Shown: in pieces, positions 13,472 to 25,267 of the stretch
How positions within the stretch are numbered: position 1 is the stretch's first letter
Layout: each line of letters opens with the position of its first letter
Assembly: GCA_032718475.1 (NCBI GenBank)
Contig: JAUCBJ010002155.1
Span: 23,211 to 87,210, forward strand
Direction: 5' to 3'
DNA from: Nemertoderma westbladi
Lineage: Eukaryota > Animalia > Xenacoelomorpha
Length of the DNA: 64,000 bases
Notes under the pieces: generated by a model
Told to the model about the DNA's origin: nothing
Database searches by the model: none
The model's input: the letters and a program-made list of their open reading frames with translations, nothing else
Program-made: the position numbers and the translations under genes

Positions 13472-14379
13472 TACGTATTTACATAGGATGTACCGGTACC
13501 ATGAACTACAGTATAAAGTATACAGTTACCACCCTTTGCAGAATTGTCACTCGGGTGATAAATAATTGTCACCCGGGTGACAAATAATTGTCACCCGTGT
13601 GACAAATAATTGTCACCCGTGTGACAAATAATTGTCACCCGTGTGACAAATAATTGTCACCCGGGTGATAAATAATTGTCACCCGGGTGATAAATAATTG
13701 TCAACCGGGTGACAAATAATTGTCACCCGGGTGATAAATAATTGTCACCCGCGTGACAAATAATTGTCACCCGGGTGATAAATAATTGTCACCCGGGTGA
13801 TAAATAATTGTCACCCGGGTGACAAATAATTGTCACCCGGGTGATAAATAATTTTCACCCGGGTGATAAATAATTGTCACCCGGGTGATAAATAATTGTC
13901 ACCCGGGTGATAAATAATTGTCACCCGGGTGACAAATATAAAAAATCTGAAATTAAGTGGCCACAATCAGCCACGGTATAGATCTGTGTTACCTAAATTA
14001 GCCGCTCGCAAATTTCCTGTAAATGTATTTGTGTATTGCGAGTGACGAGATTCTTTTCGCTCCGCACTTCATGATTCTGGATTACCGGAGGTATTAAAAC
14101 GACAACATTTAATAGGAAGTTTAACTGGTGAAGCGAAAGTAGTAGCGGGACTTTCAATATCGTCTGAAAATATTAAAGTCAATGGGTTTTTAGGTACACA
14201 AGGTACGGTTCTGAAGGTCGTATCATACAAGCACACATACTGTAGATAAACTGAGTAACATTAGTCACATATTTATTGGTAGAAAGTATACATTAAGGCA
14301 GTTCTAGGTGTATAATACTTCTCAATCACAAATACGAGTTTTGGAAGATGAAGAGAGATGAATAATCATATACTGTAGA

Positions 14380-14640
14380 TGACTTGTGGGGCGAGCCACG
14401 AAAGTAAGCGAGCTTAGCATACAGGTACCACTAACTCAATCGGTTTGTCTGTTGTTTTGTCGTTCTGTTGTGTCCAATTTTAAACGTTAATAACTCAGCC
14501 AAATCTCAATGAAATCTATCCAAACTTGGTACATATGTAGTCTGGGAAAAGTTTAGAAATTTTCCAAGTTTAATTTACGTGTGGCCTTCGAGAAGCAAAG
14601 ATAATAGCAGTTAATTAGTTAATTAAGTTGATTAGGGTAA
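14380..14640 (+). mobile_element. Possible Helentron-associated non-autonomous (HINE/DINE-like) fragment
   Basis: Short hairpin, then a GTCTGTT-type microsatellite, then aatctcaatgaaatctatccaaacttggtacatatgt; resemblance only. Confidence 0.3.
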
Positions 14641-15651
14641 AAACAGCGTTTTAAACATGACTCTTAAACGATATTAATGATTTTCTAGTATAAGATTTAA
14701 ATAATTATACTTAACAATTATACAGCTGTATTCCCCATACCCCATTCCATAACAATTATACAGCTGTATTCCCCATACCCTATTCCATTATAGTTTTTAT
14801 TTAGTTCAAGAGATTTGCTTTAAGAAATGTATTTTTAATTGATCTAAACGTAATTAACTTATTAAAATGCGCATGTCTCCAGCTATACATCCATAGCTCA
14901 CCTCATTCCTTGGCATGCCTTCTAGCCTAGCTGGGAAGGGTAACTAGTCTAACCACCTCATCACTACTCAAAGGTAGCATGTAATGAGCCAGATTAATAA
15001 GCCAGCTTGGTTATTGTGTTTAGCTTACAAAATGATTGGCTGAGTACTTAATCATACTTCTTTAGAATAATTAGCTAAATAATTTCGTTGAGGTGTTGGC
15101 ATGATAAATTAATATCTCAGTATCAATACTATCGGTATAAGGTAAGGTTTCCCTCTCTTTGATTTATTGGTGTTTGGTTAAATTTCTTAGATACAGAGTA
15201 TGTGAAGCAGTAGAATCGCTCAATAATAATCTGTATCTCATAACTGAGCCTCGTGCTGCGCGAAGGCCCCAAGAACGTGTTAATCGGTAGGTAATGGTTA
15301 AAGCTATGGCTTCATACCAACTCACTAAAATTATCAATATGGGGGGTTTTCGGGGTCGGTGATTTCATTTCTGATGTCAGTTTAAATGGTTGGTGGTATA
15401 TGTTTGTCTGAGAGTTTAGCCTGTCTTGTCTTCTAAATTTTGACGGTCAAACTGATAAACGGAAACACAGCGATAACACTCGAGAACTAAAAAAGATCTT
15501 GCCAAACCGTTATAAGATTTGAACTCCTCCGATTCATTTAAATTCTGCATCAAGGAGGGGGTACCCCCCCCCCCCCCCCTTCCCTTAACACCATGACCTT
15601 CAAACCTTCAACGAGAAAGCGCAGTTTTTCGCCGTTGGATAAAGTAGAACT

Positions 15652-16068
15652 TGTGATATTGTATTATGGGATGGTGTATTATTGGACTGATTAGTATGTA
15701 TCGTATAGGTTAGGTAGGTATGATATAGTAGTATCTTGTTAGCACCTAGGGTGTGAACAGCTGGTTGTACGGTAGCTGTCAGGGATATAGTCCTGGGGGC
15801 AGGGCGCAGTCAGTAGTTATCATTCAGTTTAGTTATTGAGATGACTTACCGGTGTAGGGTTGTCAGTCATGTTTTGTAGGTAGTTCGTTATTAGTTTCAT
15901 TGTCTGATTGTATCACATCATTATTTGTTATTCATGTATCTCAATACACAAAATACTGACATACTGCAGCTAGTTTCCTAGTTTTACTTCAGTCTTCTCC
16001 AGCTCACCCCTCGAGCGGGATAGTGCGTGGCCGTGGATCCGGGACCGGGCGCCGATAGCGCTTCCACA
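15652..16068 (+). repeat. 5' LTR
   Basis: Matches 26104-26514 with about 8 substitutions and 2 small indels by eye. Confidence 0.95.
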
Positions 16069-16085
16069 TGGGGGCTTGTCCGGGA
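16069..16085 (+). promoter_or_regulatory. Primer binding site, tRNA-Pro type
   Basis: TGGGGGCTTGTCCGGGA immediately after the LTR, versus the canonical Pro PBS TGGGGGCTCGTCCGGGA. Confidence 0.85.
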
Positions 16086-16214
16086 GTAGAGAAACTGACA
16101 GTCTGACAGGCCTACCGCGCTACCGGCAACAGGTACTCTAACTCTGTCTGGCCTACGAGGCTATCGCTACCACAACCAACTACCGTACCCATCACTGTAT
16201 CAGGCAGTCAGACT

Positions 16215-18419
16215 GTGGGTGGCGGGTCTCTGACGATTATTCCACTGCAGCACTGTATGCCTGCGCGTCGACCCGAGCGCAAACAAGCTGGAAGCGTTAA
16301 CTTTCCCACGGGTAAGCCTTCCTATCGGCAGAAACTTCGTTCCGCTTCTGGTTCTCCTCATCCAGACAGCACGGACGAACATTCGTTCCTCTACAAGTCA
16401 TCGGGAGCTGTTTCAAAGTTGCGTCGTAGTTCTCTCTCGCCCTCGTTACACGGATCGCGACAGCAACGGGGATCCTTGAACCGATCAATTTCAGGGCCGC
16501 CGACTACTCGACGACGAGATTCTCCAACGGTTGCTCCGCCGACTACTCGACGACGGGATTCTCCTACAGTTGCTCCGCCGACTACTCGACGACGGGATTC
16601 TCCTACAGTTGCTCCGCCGACTACTCGACGACGAGATTCTCCAACAGTTGCTCCGCCGACTACTCGACGACGGGATTCTCCTACAGTTGCTCCGCCGACT
16701 ACTCGACGACGAGATTCTCCTACAGTTGCTCCGCCGACTACTCGACGACGAGATTCTCCAACGGTTGCTCCGCCGACTACTAGACGACGGGATTCTCTGA
16801 CGGTTGCTCCGTCGACTACTCGACGACGAGATTCTTCAACAGTTGCTCCGCCGACTACCCGACGACGAGATCCGACTATGGAAAGCATCCGCAAGGAACC
16901 GGACTGCTTTGATGGTTCTGGTGATTTCGAGGCATGGAACAGATCGGTGCAACGGATCGCCAGACTCAGGGGGTGGAAGAACGACGCTCTCGGTAAGATT
17001 GTGCCTGTTTATTTAACCGGTAGGGCTGCACGTGTCCTTGATGAACTGGCTGAACATGAACAGGAAAACTATGATGCAATTCGTGATATTTTACGTGCCC
17101 GTTTTTGCCCCCAGGATACTAGTTTTGTGTACAATGAATTACTAGATCGTAAACAGAAGGTGGGGGAAACTATTTCTGAATTTTCCGATATTATAACTAG
17201 TTTAGGGGTACAAGCTTTTCCGGGAATGAGCACTGAGCAACGGGAACTTTTACTTTTGCCAATATTTTATAGAGGGATTTCCCCTGAATTAGCGAGAAGT
17301 ATACGGTTAACAGAACCGCACAATTTTGGGGAGGCAGTTCACCGTGCTAGGCGCGAGGAACTTTATTTAAGACAGGAAAATAATGGTATATTTGGCTGTG
17401 AATTGGGCGATCGTAGGGACCAGAGTAATAGGCCCAGGGAACCGCCTCCCAGTCCCAGACAAACTTCATACAGTAAGGTTAGTTTTTCAGAACAGTCCCC
17501 AAAACAGACTGATATGAGTTATCTAGAAAGACAACTGAAGGACTTACAACTGAAACTGTCCAATCAGACACCAAATACCAGTAGCTACCCACGCGCCAAT
17601 TACAATAATAATTATAGCCGCGATAATCACGGTCGGGGACAGAATAACTGGTTTGACCCCAACGCAAGGTGGACTGGTACTAGCGGTACGGGCAACTCAC
17701 GGGACAGCAGTAACAGAGGGTTTACACCACGATCTAATAACTACAGTAGCAACAGTTCGGTTACTTGCTACAACTGTGGGGAACCGGGACATTATAGCCG
17801 AAATTGCACTAGACCACGTACGAATACCGACTCAAATCCTAACAGGCAATACTCTAACCCGAATTACAACCCTAACCCTACTTACAACCCTAACCCTAAT
17901 TTTAACCCAAATCTCAATCCAGCTTCAATGTACACAGCTGTAGTGTCCAATAAACTAGACATGCATTTTCCAGTAAGAATCGAAAACGAGGATGGTGAAG
18001 CATTTTTAGATAGTGGCTCACATTATTCCCTGATAGATTTTAGGAAACTCCCATCCGGTGTGCAGTTGCGTGCCCTTGATTTACCACCTATTAGCGGTAT
18101 AGGGGGACAGGTTAAACCTATGGGATTGGCTACTTTACAAATATCAGTTACAAGCAATTTTTCGGTTTCCCTCGAGGTCCACGTAGCAGACTTATCTTGT
18201 GTTGGGATTCCCCCGTTTCTGTTAGGGTTAGATTTCGTAAGTATTGCTTGTGCGTCCATAGATTTTCTAGACAGATGTTTGGTTCTAACCAACCAGGAAA
18301 GAGTGTACTTTGCCAGGTTAAACACGCCCAGCAACGCTGGTAACGGTAAGAGTACAAACCCTTTTTGTTGTTTTGTTTCTGCGATAGAAAGACTACGATC
18401 CCAGCAGGGACACAGGTGA
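16215..18419 (+). CDS. gag: Gag-protease polyprotein
   Basis: Capsid-like region from MESIRKEPDCFDGSGDF (ATG 16878), CCHC knuckle CYNCGEPGHYSRNC, aspartic protease AFLDSGS...FLLGLDF. The true start is uncertain. Confidence 0.92.
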   Translation: MGGGSLTIIPLQHCMPARRPERKQAGSVNFPTGKPSYRQKLRSASGSPHPDSTDEHSFLYKSSGAVSKLRRSSLSPSLHGSRQQRGSLNRSISGPPTTRRRDSPTVAPPTTRRRDSPTVAPPTTRRRDSPTVAPPTTRRRDSPTVAPPTTRRRDSPTVAPPTTRRRDSPTVAPPTTRRRDSPTVAPPTTRRRDSLTVAPSTTRRRDSSTVAPPTTRRRDPTMESIRKEPDCFDGSGDFEAWNRSVQRIARLRGWKNDALGKIVPVYLTGRAARVLDELAEHEQENYDAIRDILRARFCPQDTSFVYNELLDRKQKVGETISEFSDIITSLGVQAFPGMSTEQRELLLLPIFYRGISPELARSIRLTEPHNFGEAVHRARREELYLRQENNGIFGCELGDRRDQSNRPREPPPSPRQTSYSKVSFSEQSPKQTDMSYLERQLKDLQLKLSNQTPNTSSYPRANYNNNYSRDNHGRGQNNWFDPNARWTGTSGTGNSRDSSNRGFTPRSNNYSSNSSVTCYNCGEPGHYSRNCTRPRTNTDSNPNRQYSNPNYNPNPTYNPNPNFNPNLNPASMYTAVVSNKLDMHFPVRIENEDGEAFLDSGSHYSLIDFRKLPSGVQLRALDLPPISGIGGQVKPMGLATLQISVTSNFSVSLEVHVADLSCVGIPPFLLGLDFVSIACASIDFLDRCLVLTNQERVYFARLNTPSNAGNGKSTNPFCCFVSAIERLRSQQGHR
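16497..16878 (+). repeat. 39-bp coding tandem repeat (PPTTRRRDSPTVA) x ~10
   Basis: In-frame units in the gag ORF upstream of the capsid region; most variation is at third positions. Confidence 0.95.
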
Positions 18420-20561
18420 GACTGGCAGGGAAATTGTATGATAATGGATTATTAGCAGAGTCGGTAATGATAGAGCCGTTAGTAAAATCAAGGGGTTCGT
18501 ATCTAACTGCGCGAAGTGTAGTTTCTAACCCATTGGACGGATCAGGTAAGGTTCCAGTGCAGTTATTAAATCCGAATAACTACCCGGTTACAATATATCG
18601 CAATCAGAAAATTGCATTATATTGTACAGTAGATAATGATAGCTTCAATAAAGAAGTTAAACAAGACTCGGTAGAGCGCGACATACAAAGGGAGTATTTA
18701 GCTAAGGAATTACCGTTAGATCATTTGGAGCCTCAGCAGAGGACCCAGTTAATAGATATTGCTACTCAACATGCTGCGGCGTTTTCCTTTGGAGATTGCG
18801 ATATAGGTAAGGCTGACCTATTAGAACATAAAATCCCACTTAAACCAGAGGCTAAGCCCTTTTACACGAGACCACGTACAGTACCTATGGGGCTTAGGAA
18901 AGAGATTGACAAACAGGTAGGCAATATGTTAGCCGCAGGTGTTATTCAACCTAGCAACAGTGAGTGGGGGGCACCAATAATATTAAGTAAAAAAAAAGAT
19001 GGTAAGTGGCGGTTTTGCGTTGATCTTCGCCGTCTTAACGCTGCGGCTGTGCCACAATTTTGGCCTTTGCCGCGCATAGACGAAATGTTGTCGGAAATTG
19101 GCACAGCACGGCCCAAATATTTTACGACACTCGATTTTAAATCGATGTTTTGGCAGGTACCCTTAGCCGCTGAAGATACACATAAAACCGCTTTCGTAAC
19201 ACATAGTGGCCATTACGAATTTGTTAGAATGCCCTTTGGCCTCCAGTCCAGCCCTTCTGGCTGCCAGAATCTTATGCAATTAGCTTTGCATGGTATCGAG
19301 TACGTTCTCGTTTACCTCGATGACGTCATACTGTATACCCGGGAATGGGACACCCACGTAAGTACTATTATCATTCTATTACGTAGAATTATCGATCTCG
19401 GCTTGAAGCTCAAACCAAGTAAGTGCATGTTCGGGGCGACATCTGTAAAATTCCTAGGCCATGTGATAGATAGCTCAGGGCAGCATATGGACAAGGATAA
19501 GGTCCAAGCCATGGTTGATTTTCCGCGACCGGCCAATGCAAAGCAACTTTATAGCTTCCTAGGATTATGTGGTTACTATAGGAAATTTATTAAGGATTAT
19601 GGTAAGATTGTAGCTCCCTTGAACGTGTTGTTAAGGAAAAACCAAGAGTTCGTATGGACAAGCGATTGTGAGCAGGCTTTTACATTCCTTAAGAAACGCC
19701 TAATTAATAACCCTATTCTAGAACACCCTGATATAGACCAGCCGTTTTACTTAGAGACTGACGCTAGCGGTATAGCTTTAGGAGCTGTTTTATATCAGGA
19801 TGCGGGCGTAATCGCTTACTCATCGAGGTCGCTAAGCAACGCTGAGAGAAAGTGGTCCATTACGGAGCTAGAGGCTTTAGCCGTGGTCTGGGCAATGCAG
19901 AAACACAGGTTTTACCTCATTGGCCGCGCATTTACGTTAGTTTCGGATCATAAACCACTCAGTTGTTTACAGACCAAACTCGAACTTCCAGGGCGTTTGC
20001 AGCGATGGGCCGTTAAACTGTCTGAATTTAATTTCAATTTTGTTTACAGGCCAGGCCGACTTAACCGCGCTGATTGTCTTTCTAGAATACCATTACAGGT
20101 AACCCCTGGCAACCAACGAGACGAAACCGTTTCTAATGAACCGGTTGCCATGGATACGTTACTTCCCCCTATGCATAATGACCCAGTCTCGTCAGATAAT
20201 TATTGCTTGATAGGACTAGCCAATTTAGACCTACATAATGATAGCGATAGACCAAACGCTGTTGAGGTGGACCTAGACAATGGCGTGCAGCCGCCAAAAC
20301 CTAATCCATGTGACATTCTAAGTTCCCCAGACAGACCCAACCACGATAGTGACGTCACATACATTATCAATAATGACAATAATAATAATTGGACACTTCC
20401 GGGCGGCCAACAGTACTGCACATTGACTGCCTTGCGTAAGTTACAATCAGAAGACAATAACTTACAGCCTATGATTGATACATTACTGGACACAGCTGTT
20501 ACAATAGCCGATGCCGATGTGCGCAAATCGCTACACGAGTATCGTTACATGCTCAAGTTTA
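18359..20561 (+). CDS. pol: Pol N-terminal part (dUTPase-like linker, RT, RNase H)
   Basis: KKKDGKWRFCVDLRRLN, MPFGL, YLDDVI, LETDASG, ELEALAVVWA, SDHKPL and ADCLSR. Interrupted at 20562 by the nested element. Confidence 0.95.
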
Positions 20562-23500
20562 CACTGAAAAAACGAAGTTGTACTTTTTTCATAAAAAAGT
20601 GCCGATTTTCCAAAAAAGTGCATCTGGTTTTGAGTACTCAAACGAGATACGCTTTTTTGAAAAACCGGCACTTTTTCAAGTAGCAAAAAGAGTCACTTTT
20701 TATTACAATATAAAAATGGCACTTTTTCAAGGAGCAGAAAAGAGCACTTTTAATTACTCTAAAAGTGGTACTTTTTTTGATATGTTAGTACTGATTTTCT
20801 GTTTAGAAAACGACACTTTTCTGAATATTATTTCCGTTTTTATATTCATTAGTAGGAAAAAAGCTCATCTTTTTTTATGTAATATGTACTTTATTTGTGG
20901 GATAATCATTTAAAACATGCACTTTTTAGATTAAGCAGCACTTATTAAAATATAAAGTGGTACTTGATTTCCAATTAAAGTGCTACTTTCTATTTAAAAA
21001 TACCACTCCCCGCAATATTTAAGATCAATTTATATTACTTAGTATGTGAAAAAGAGGTACTTTTCACTGTAAAGAAGAACTAGTTTGGTTTGCTTATCAA
21101 AGGGGAACTTATTCTTTTTAATAATGAGTGTAAATTTCTTTAAATTAAATGAAGTCATATTTTTAAGGTATGATGAATATTGACCCCAAAGTTTTTCCCC
21201 ATAAAAGTTTAATAATGAATAATAAACAACACGAGAATCTATTATTATAATTATGGCTATTAATATACACGAGATTGATCAAATACTTAACACAGAACAG
21301 TTTTACAGTTGCTATGCCAGCCGCTGCTTCGGTTACATCATAAACAGATAGTTATAATACTGATATAACACATGACATTATAACGTATAACGCAACGAAC
21401 ATGTACGACAAATATATTACATGCACGGACTGGCCTATACTGGACTGGTCAGTAAGGCCATACCGCGTGCATACAGAATATTACAATGTCGTACATGTTA
21501 GTTGACAGTACTACAATAATAAGGCAATATAAAAACAAAATAACTAATCCATGTAATCGATATAATAAAATGCCTAAAATATAATAAGTTCAGTTTAGTT
21601 CTTAACTCACAGATGCAATCCTGCTACTGTGCACCCATCTTCCATCTATATGAAGATAACATGAACAATGTCATGACCAAGCATGACCAATCCACATTCT
21701 ACATAAAATAAAACACCACAGTTCAGCCTAAACTTTCCATATTTGCAACAAAATTCAGTTCATTAGTTTGTAACTGACAAAACGCCATTCGCCATAACAT
21801 AACTAAATTATTCTTCTCTGCCGTATCAGTTCTAACGATTTCAGTGTCCTATTTACAACTTATGACTCAGTTACGTTGACAGTCTCAGTACCGTACTCTC
21901 GACTAAGGTACTCCTCAATATTTTCTAGTGCGGCTGCGAATGAGTGGGGCACTTGGCCTTTAGGGTAGCTAAATTCCGCGCGGAATTCTTTGTAAGGGAA
22001 TATATATTCTTCCTGGACTTCCCTCACCCAACAAGCATTCCCCGTCCCAAAAAAAGTATACCCATAGACAACCCCCCATTTTTTTCGGAGGAGGGTCAGT
22101 TCCATCTGGTGCAACAGAAACCTTACCAGGCCAGGGTATATCCTTTTTTCTCATTCTCGCCCAAATGAGAGCGCCGCCTCCTCCTCCGGGAATATTGTCA
22201 GTATCTCCTAAATCTGACTCCGAAATAGACACTGACTCGAGGCTCGAACTGGAAGCGGTTGTTGAATTGGAATTATCCGATTCGGGATCATCTGAACTCC
22301 GCAGATCCTCCTGTAGGTCTACAAGAACCGGTTTCCTTCTTGGTTTTTTAAATTTTTTCTTAGCCGTCAACACGTTCACTTTCATTCGTTTGCACCCAGT
22401 AAATCTCTTAGTTGCAGCCTTACTCAACACTTGATCCGCCACAGCAGTCGATTTTACCGAAGTATCGGTACCGGTAGTAACACTTTCATTGTCATCGCCC
22501 TTGTTGTAGGCCTTGGATGGATCAACGGTGGTATCCTTAGGCCTATCGGCTGCGGCACCCATGTGCCGGTAAGACTTGTTCGCCTTGTGTACGGATAACT
22601 TATGACGGAAAAATGCAGTTTTATCGTGAAGGCGGTGGTGTTTAATCTGCATCTCCGGATACACAGAACATACTGATTCCGCCATTTGATAAATATCGCA
22701 AATATTCCGACTTTCGAAGTCAGATAGAAATTGACGAACGGCTCGACGAAATCCAGGAGTATCCTTGGCTACATCTTGTGCGGTTATTTCCAGTTGAATT
22801 ACTGGGACTCTCGGTTGCTTATTTCCGGAAGACGATTCGCGTAGAGGTGGAATATAATACGTGATTCCATTTTCGACTTTCGTATCTAATTGAGATCGTG
22901 GTGTTCGATGACAACTAGCACTAGTAGCACCGCCGGTACCGGTAGCTGTAGGACCACCGGTATCACATCCAGATGTTCCGGTACCCATCCCCATGTTGGT
23001 ACCTATGTGGACGCACTGGGCAAAATGGGCAACTAACCCATGGAGGATCTAGCTGTTTCTGTGTTTCCCGCAACTTGGACATGCAGTGTTTTTTTTCTGT
23101 TCCTCCCCACAGTGTGGGCAGAAACTAAACTCTGCACTTAGATTATCGCCTTTACCGCAACACCGCGACATTGTATGTAGGTACTGATGTAGGCTACCGT
23201 ACCGGTGCACTGGTGGAGGTATGTATGTACCGCGTCCCGGTAATGTTTTTTTTTACTGTTTTAACACTTTTTTAAGCAAGGCAGTTAGATTAGTTTAGTT
23301 AGCACTACACGCACTAGCACAAATCTGCAAAGCACAGCACACCAGGAGCACACTTGGCAGTTATGCTGTTCATCAGTAAACTCCAGTCCAGCAGTACCGG
23401 TACTCTGAGAACTGCATGCTGTGCAGCTGTCAGGCTGTGGGTAGGATGCAGGAGATATGATAGGCCTACTTTTACCTACCAATATACATGAATACGACGT

Positions 23501-24015
23501 GACCAACCCCCCCCCCCCCCCCCCCCCCCCCAACACCCTCACCCTTGCAATACTGCTCCCAAAATTTAGATTGCACAACATACATATTTTTGTATGTGTG
23601 TATTAGTATGCTGATTAGGGTACTTTTTAATTTTTTGTTTTAAAGTAGCACTTTACAACACATAACAATAAATTGTTTAAAATCGCAACTTTTTACAGAA
23701 AAGGACACGTTTTAATTTTTTGTTTTAAAGTAGCACTTTACAACACAACAATAAATTGTTTAAAAGCGCACCTTTTTACAGAAATTTAAAAAAGTGGAAC
23801 TTTAATATATTTAGTAATTTCCATAACCTGGTATATTCTTGAAGTACATTTAATTAAATTTAACAAAATGGGTTTTTGTAATTTGGAAAAATAAATAATT
23901 TCATATTTCGAAAAAAATTGCAGTTTAGTAAAATCGCAACTTTAAAAATTAATTAATGCCACTAATAATTGATAGTGGCACTTTTTCAAACGAGATGTAG
24001 TTACTTTTTTCAGTG
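20562..24015. mobile_element. CMC/EnSpm-type non-autonomous DNA transposon nested in pol
   Basis: Termini CACTGAAAAAA...TTTTTTCAGTG, 2-bp TSD TA, and AT-rich subterminal repeats (GGCACTTTTTCAA, AAAGTGGTACTTT). Excision restores pol as MLKF-RAQYVMVD. Confidence 0.9.
21860..23171 (-). pseudogene. Transposon cargo gene: double zinc ribbon, SAMD3/EnSpm-ORF2-like helical region, acidic linker and PWWP domain
   Basis: ATG 23171 gives MSRCCGK..FCPHCG..ACPSCGK (WVSCPFC follows in a shifted frame). The middle has MAESVCSVYPEM...FFRHKLSVHKANKSYR. The C-terminus is GALIWARMRKKDIPWPGKV...WVYFF|GTGNACWV...IFPYKEF...SFAAALENIEEYL, with a frameshift in the T7 run at 22049-22055. Confidence 0.75.
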
Positions 24016-24017
24016 TA

Positions 24018-25267
24018 GAGCACAATATGTTATGGTTGACAATATACTCTGCCATTTATCAACAAGTAACGGTAAATCGAAGGTACAGATTGTAGTTCCT
24101 AAGTTACTAAGGCAACAAATTATATCCATGTGTCACGATGAAAAGTCTCACATGGGTATTGATAAAACGGTAGGTGCTATCCATATGAAGTATTATTGGG
24201 TAGGTATAAAGGATAATGTTAAGCAGCACATTCGTGAATGTGACCCATGCCAGCGTAGGAAGGGCGTCCCTCAGACCCAACCACTGTCACCTCTCCCAGT
24301 CGTTGAACGTGTCTTGCAACGCCTTTCAATTGATATCGTTAAAGGCTTCCAGACGTCATCTAAAGGTAACAAGGTTATCCTTACAGTAGTTGATCATCTT
24401 ACTCGTTACGCTTCCCTCCTCCCGTTACCAAATGAAGAAGCCGCTACCGTTGCCAGGGCTTTAGTGGATGGTATTTTTCTTATATACGGCGCCCCCGAGA
24501 ATTTATTAAGCGATAGGGGTAGTAATTTCACGTCTAATTTATTCAAGGAATTAACTGCAATGTTTGGTATTGTTTCCGTATTTACGTCGGTATACCACCC
24601 AGCTTGCAATGGTCTTACAGAACGCATTAACCAGTTAGCTGTAAACATGTTATCGTTGACAGCTACCAACCCGCATAATTGGGACGAGTTTATTCCCGCT
24701 GTTGCGTTTAATTATAATACTTTGATTCAGAGTACACTTAAGGAAACTCCTTTCTCTTTAATGTATGGGCGACAGGCGACAACTCAAGTAGACACGCAGA
24801 TAGCCCGGCCGTACAGCTTGCTAGCAGATGAAGCAACATTCGCAGACGAATTAAGGTTTCGTTTGGAGCGGGCCCATGGGATAGCCAGGGAAGCTCTTAG
24901 GCTTACACAGGTGAAACAGAAACAATACCACGACGGTAATCTGGGGAAGCGCCAACGCAGTAACATTCGAACCTACACTAAGGGGCAGTCTGTATTATAC
25001 TATGATAGGACGACCAAAGGTAAGAATACGAAGCTGAGCTTCAGGTTTAGGGGTCCTTATGCTATTGTTGATCAGGTTGGTAAATCAAGTTATGCCATTA
25101 AACTGTTGGGAAAATCGGGAAAACCAAATCCACGTTCTCGACTTATTATTGTAAATGTGAAGGACTTAAAACCATACTATAGGGAAGAAAGTAACTCCAC
25201 GGGAGATGATACAGGTAGGGGGAACGACAGTGCGGACGTCTACGACGGTGACGATAGCGACTGTTGA
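24018..25267 (+). CDS. pol: Pol C-terminal part (integrase)
   Basis: HHCC (CHDEKSHMG...CDPCQRRK), DDE core (SIDIV...SDRGSNF...NGLTERIN) and GPY/F motif (FRGPYAIV). Confidence 0.95.

Larger units (their letters stand above)
11723..13978 (+). mobile_element. IS3EU-type DNA transposon (internally deleted)
   Basis: TIRs TACCGTGGCTGATTGTGGCCACTTAATTTCAG and its reverse complement. 6-bp TSD TAGATC (11717-11722, 13979-13984). Inverted arrays of the 22-bp unit TTATTTATCACCCGGGTGACAA at both ends. Confidence 0.85.
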
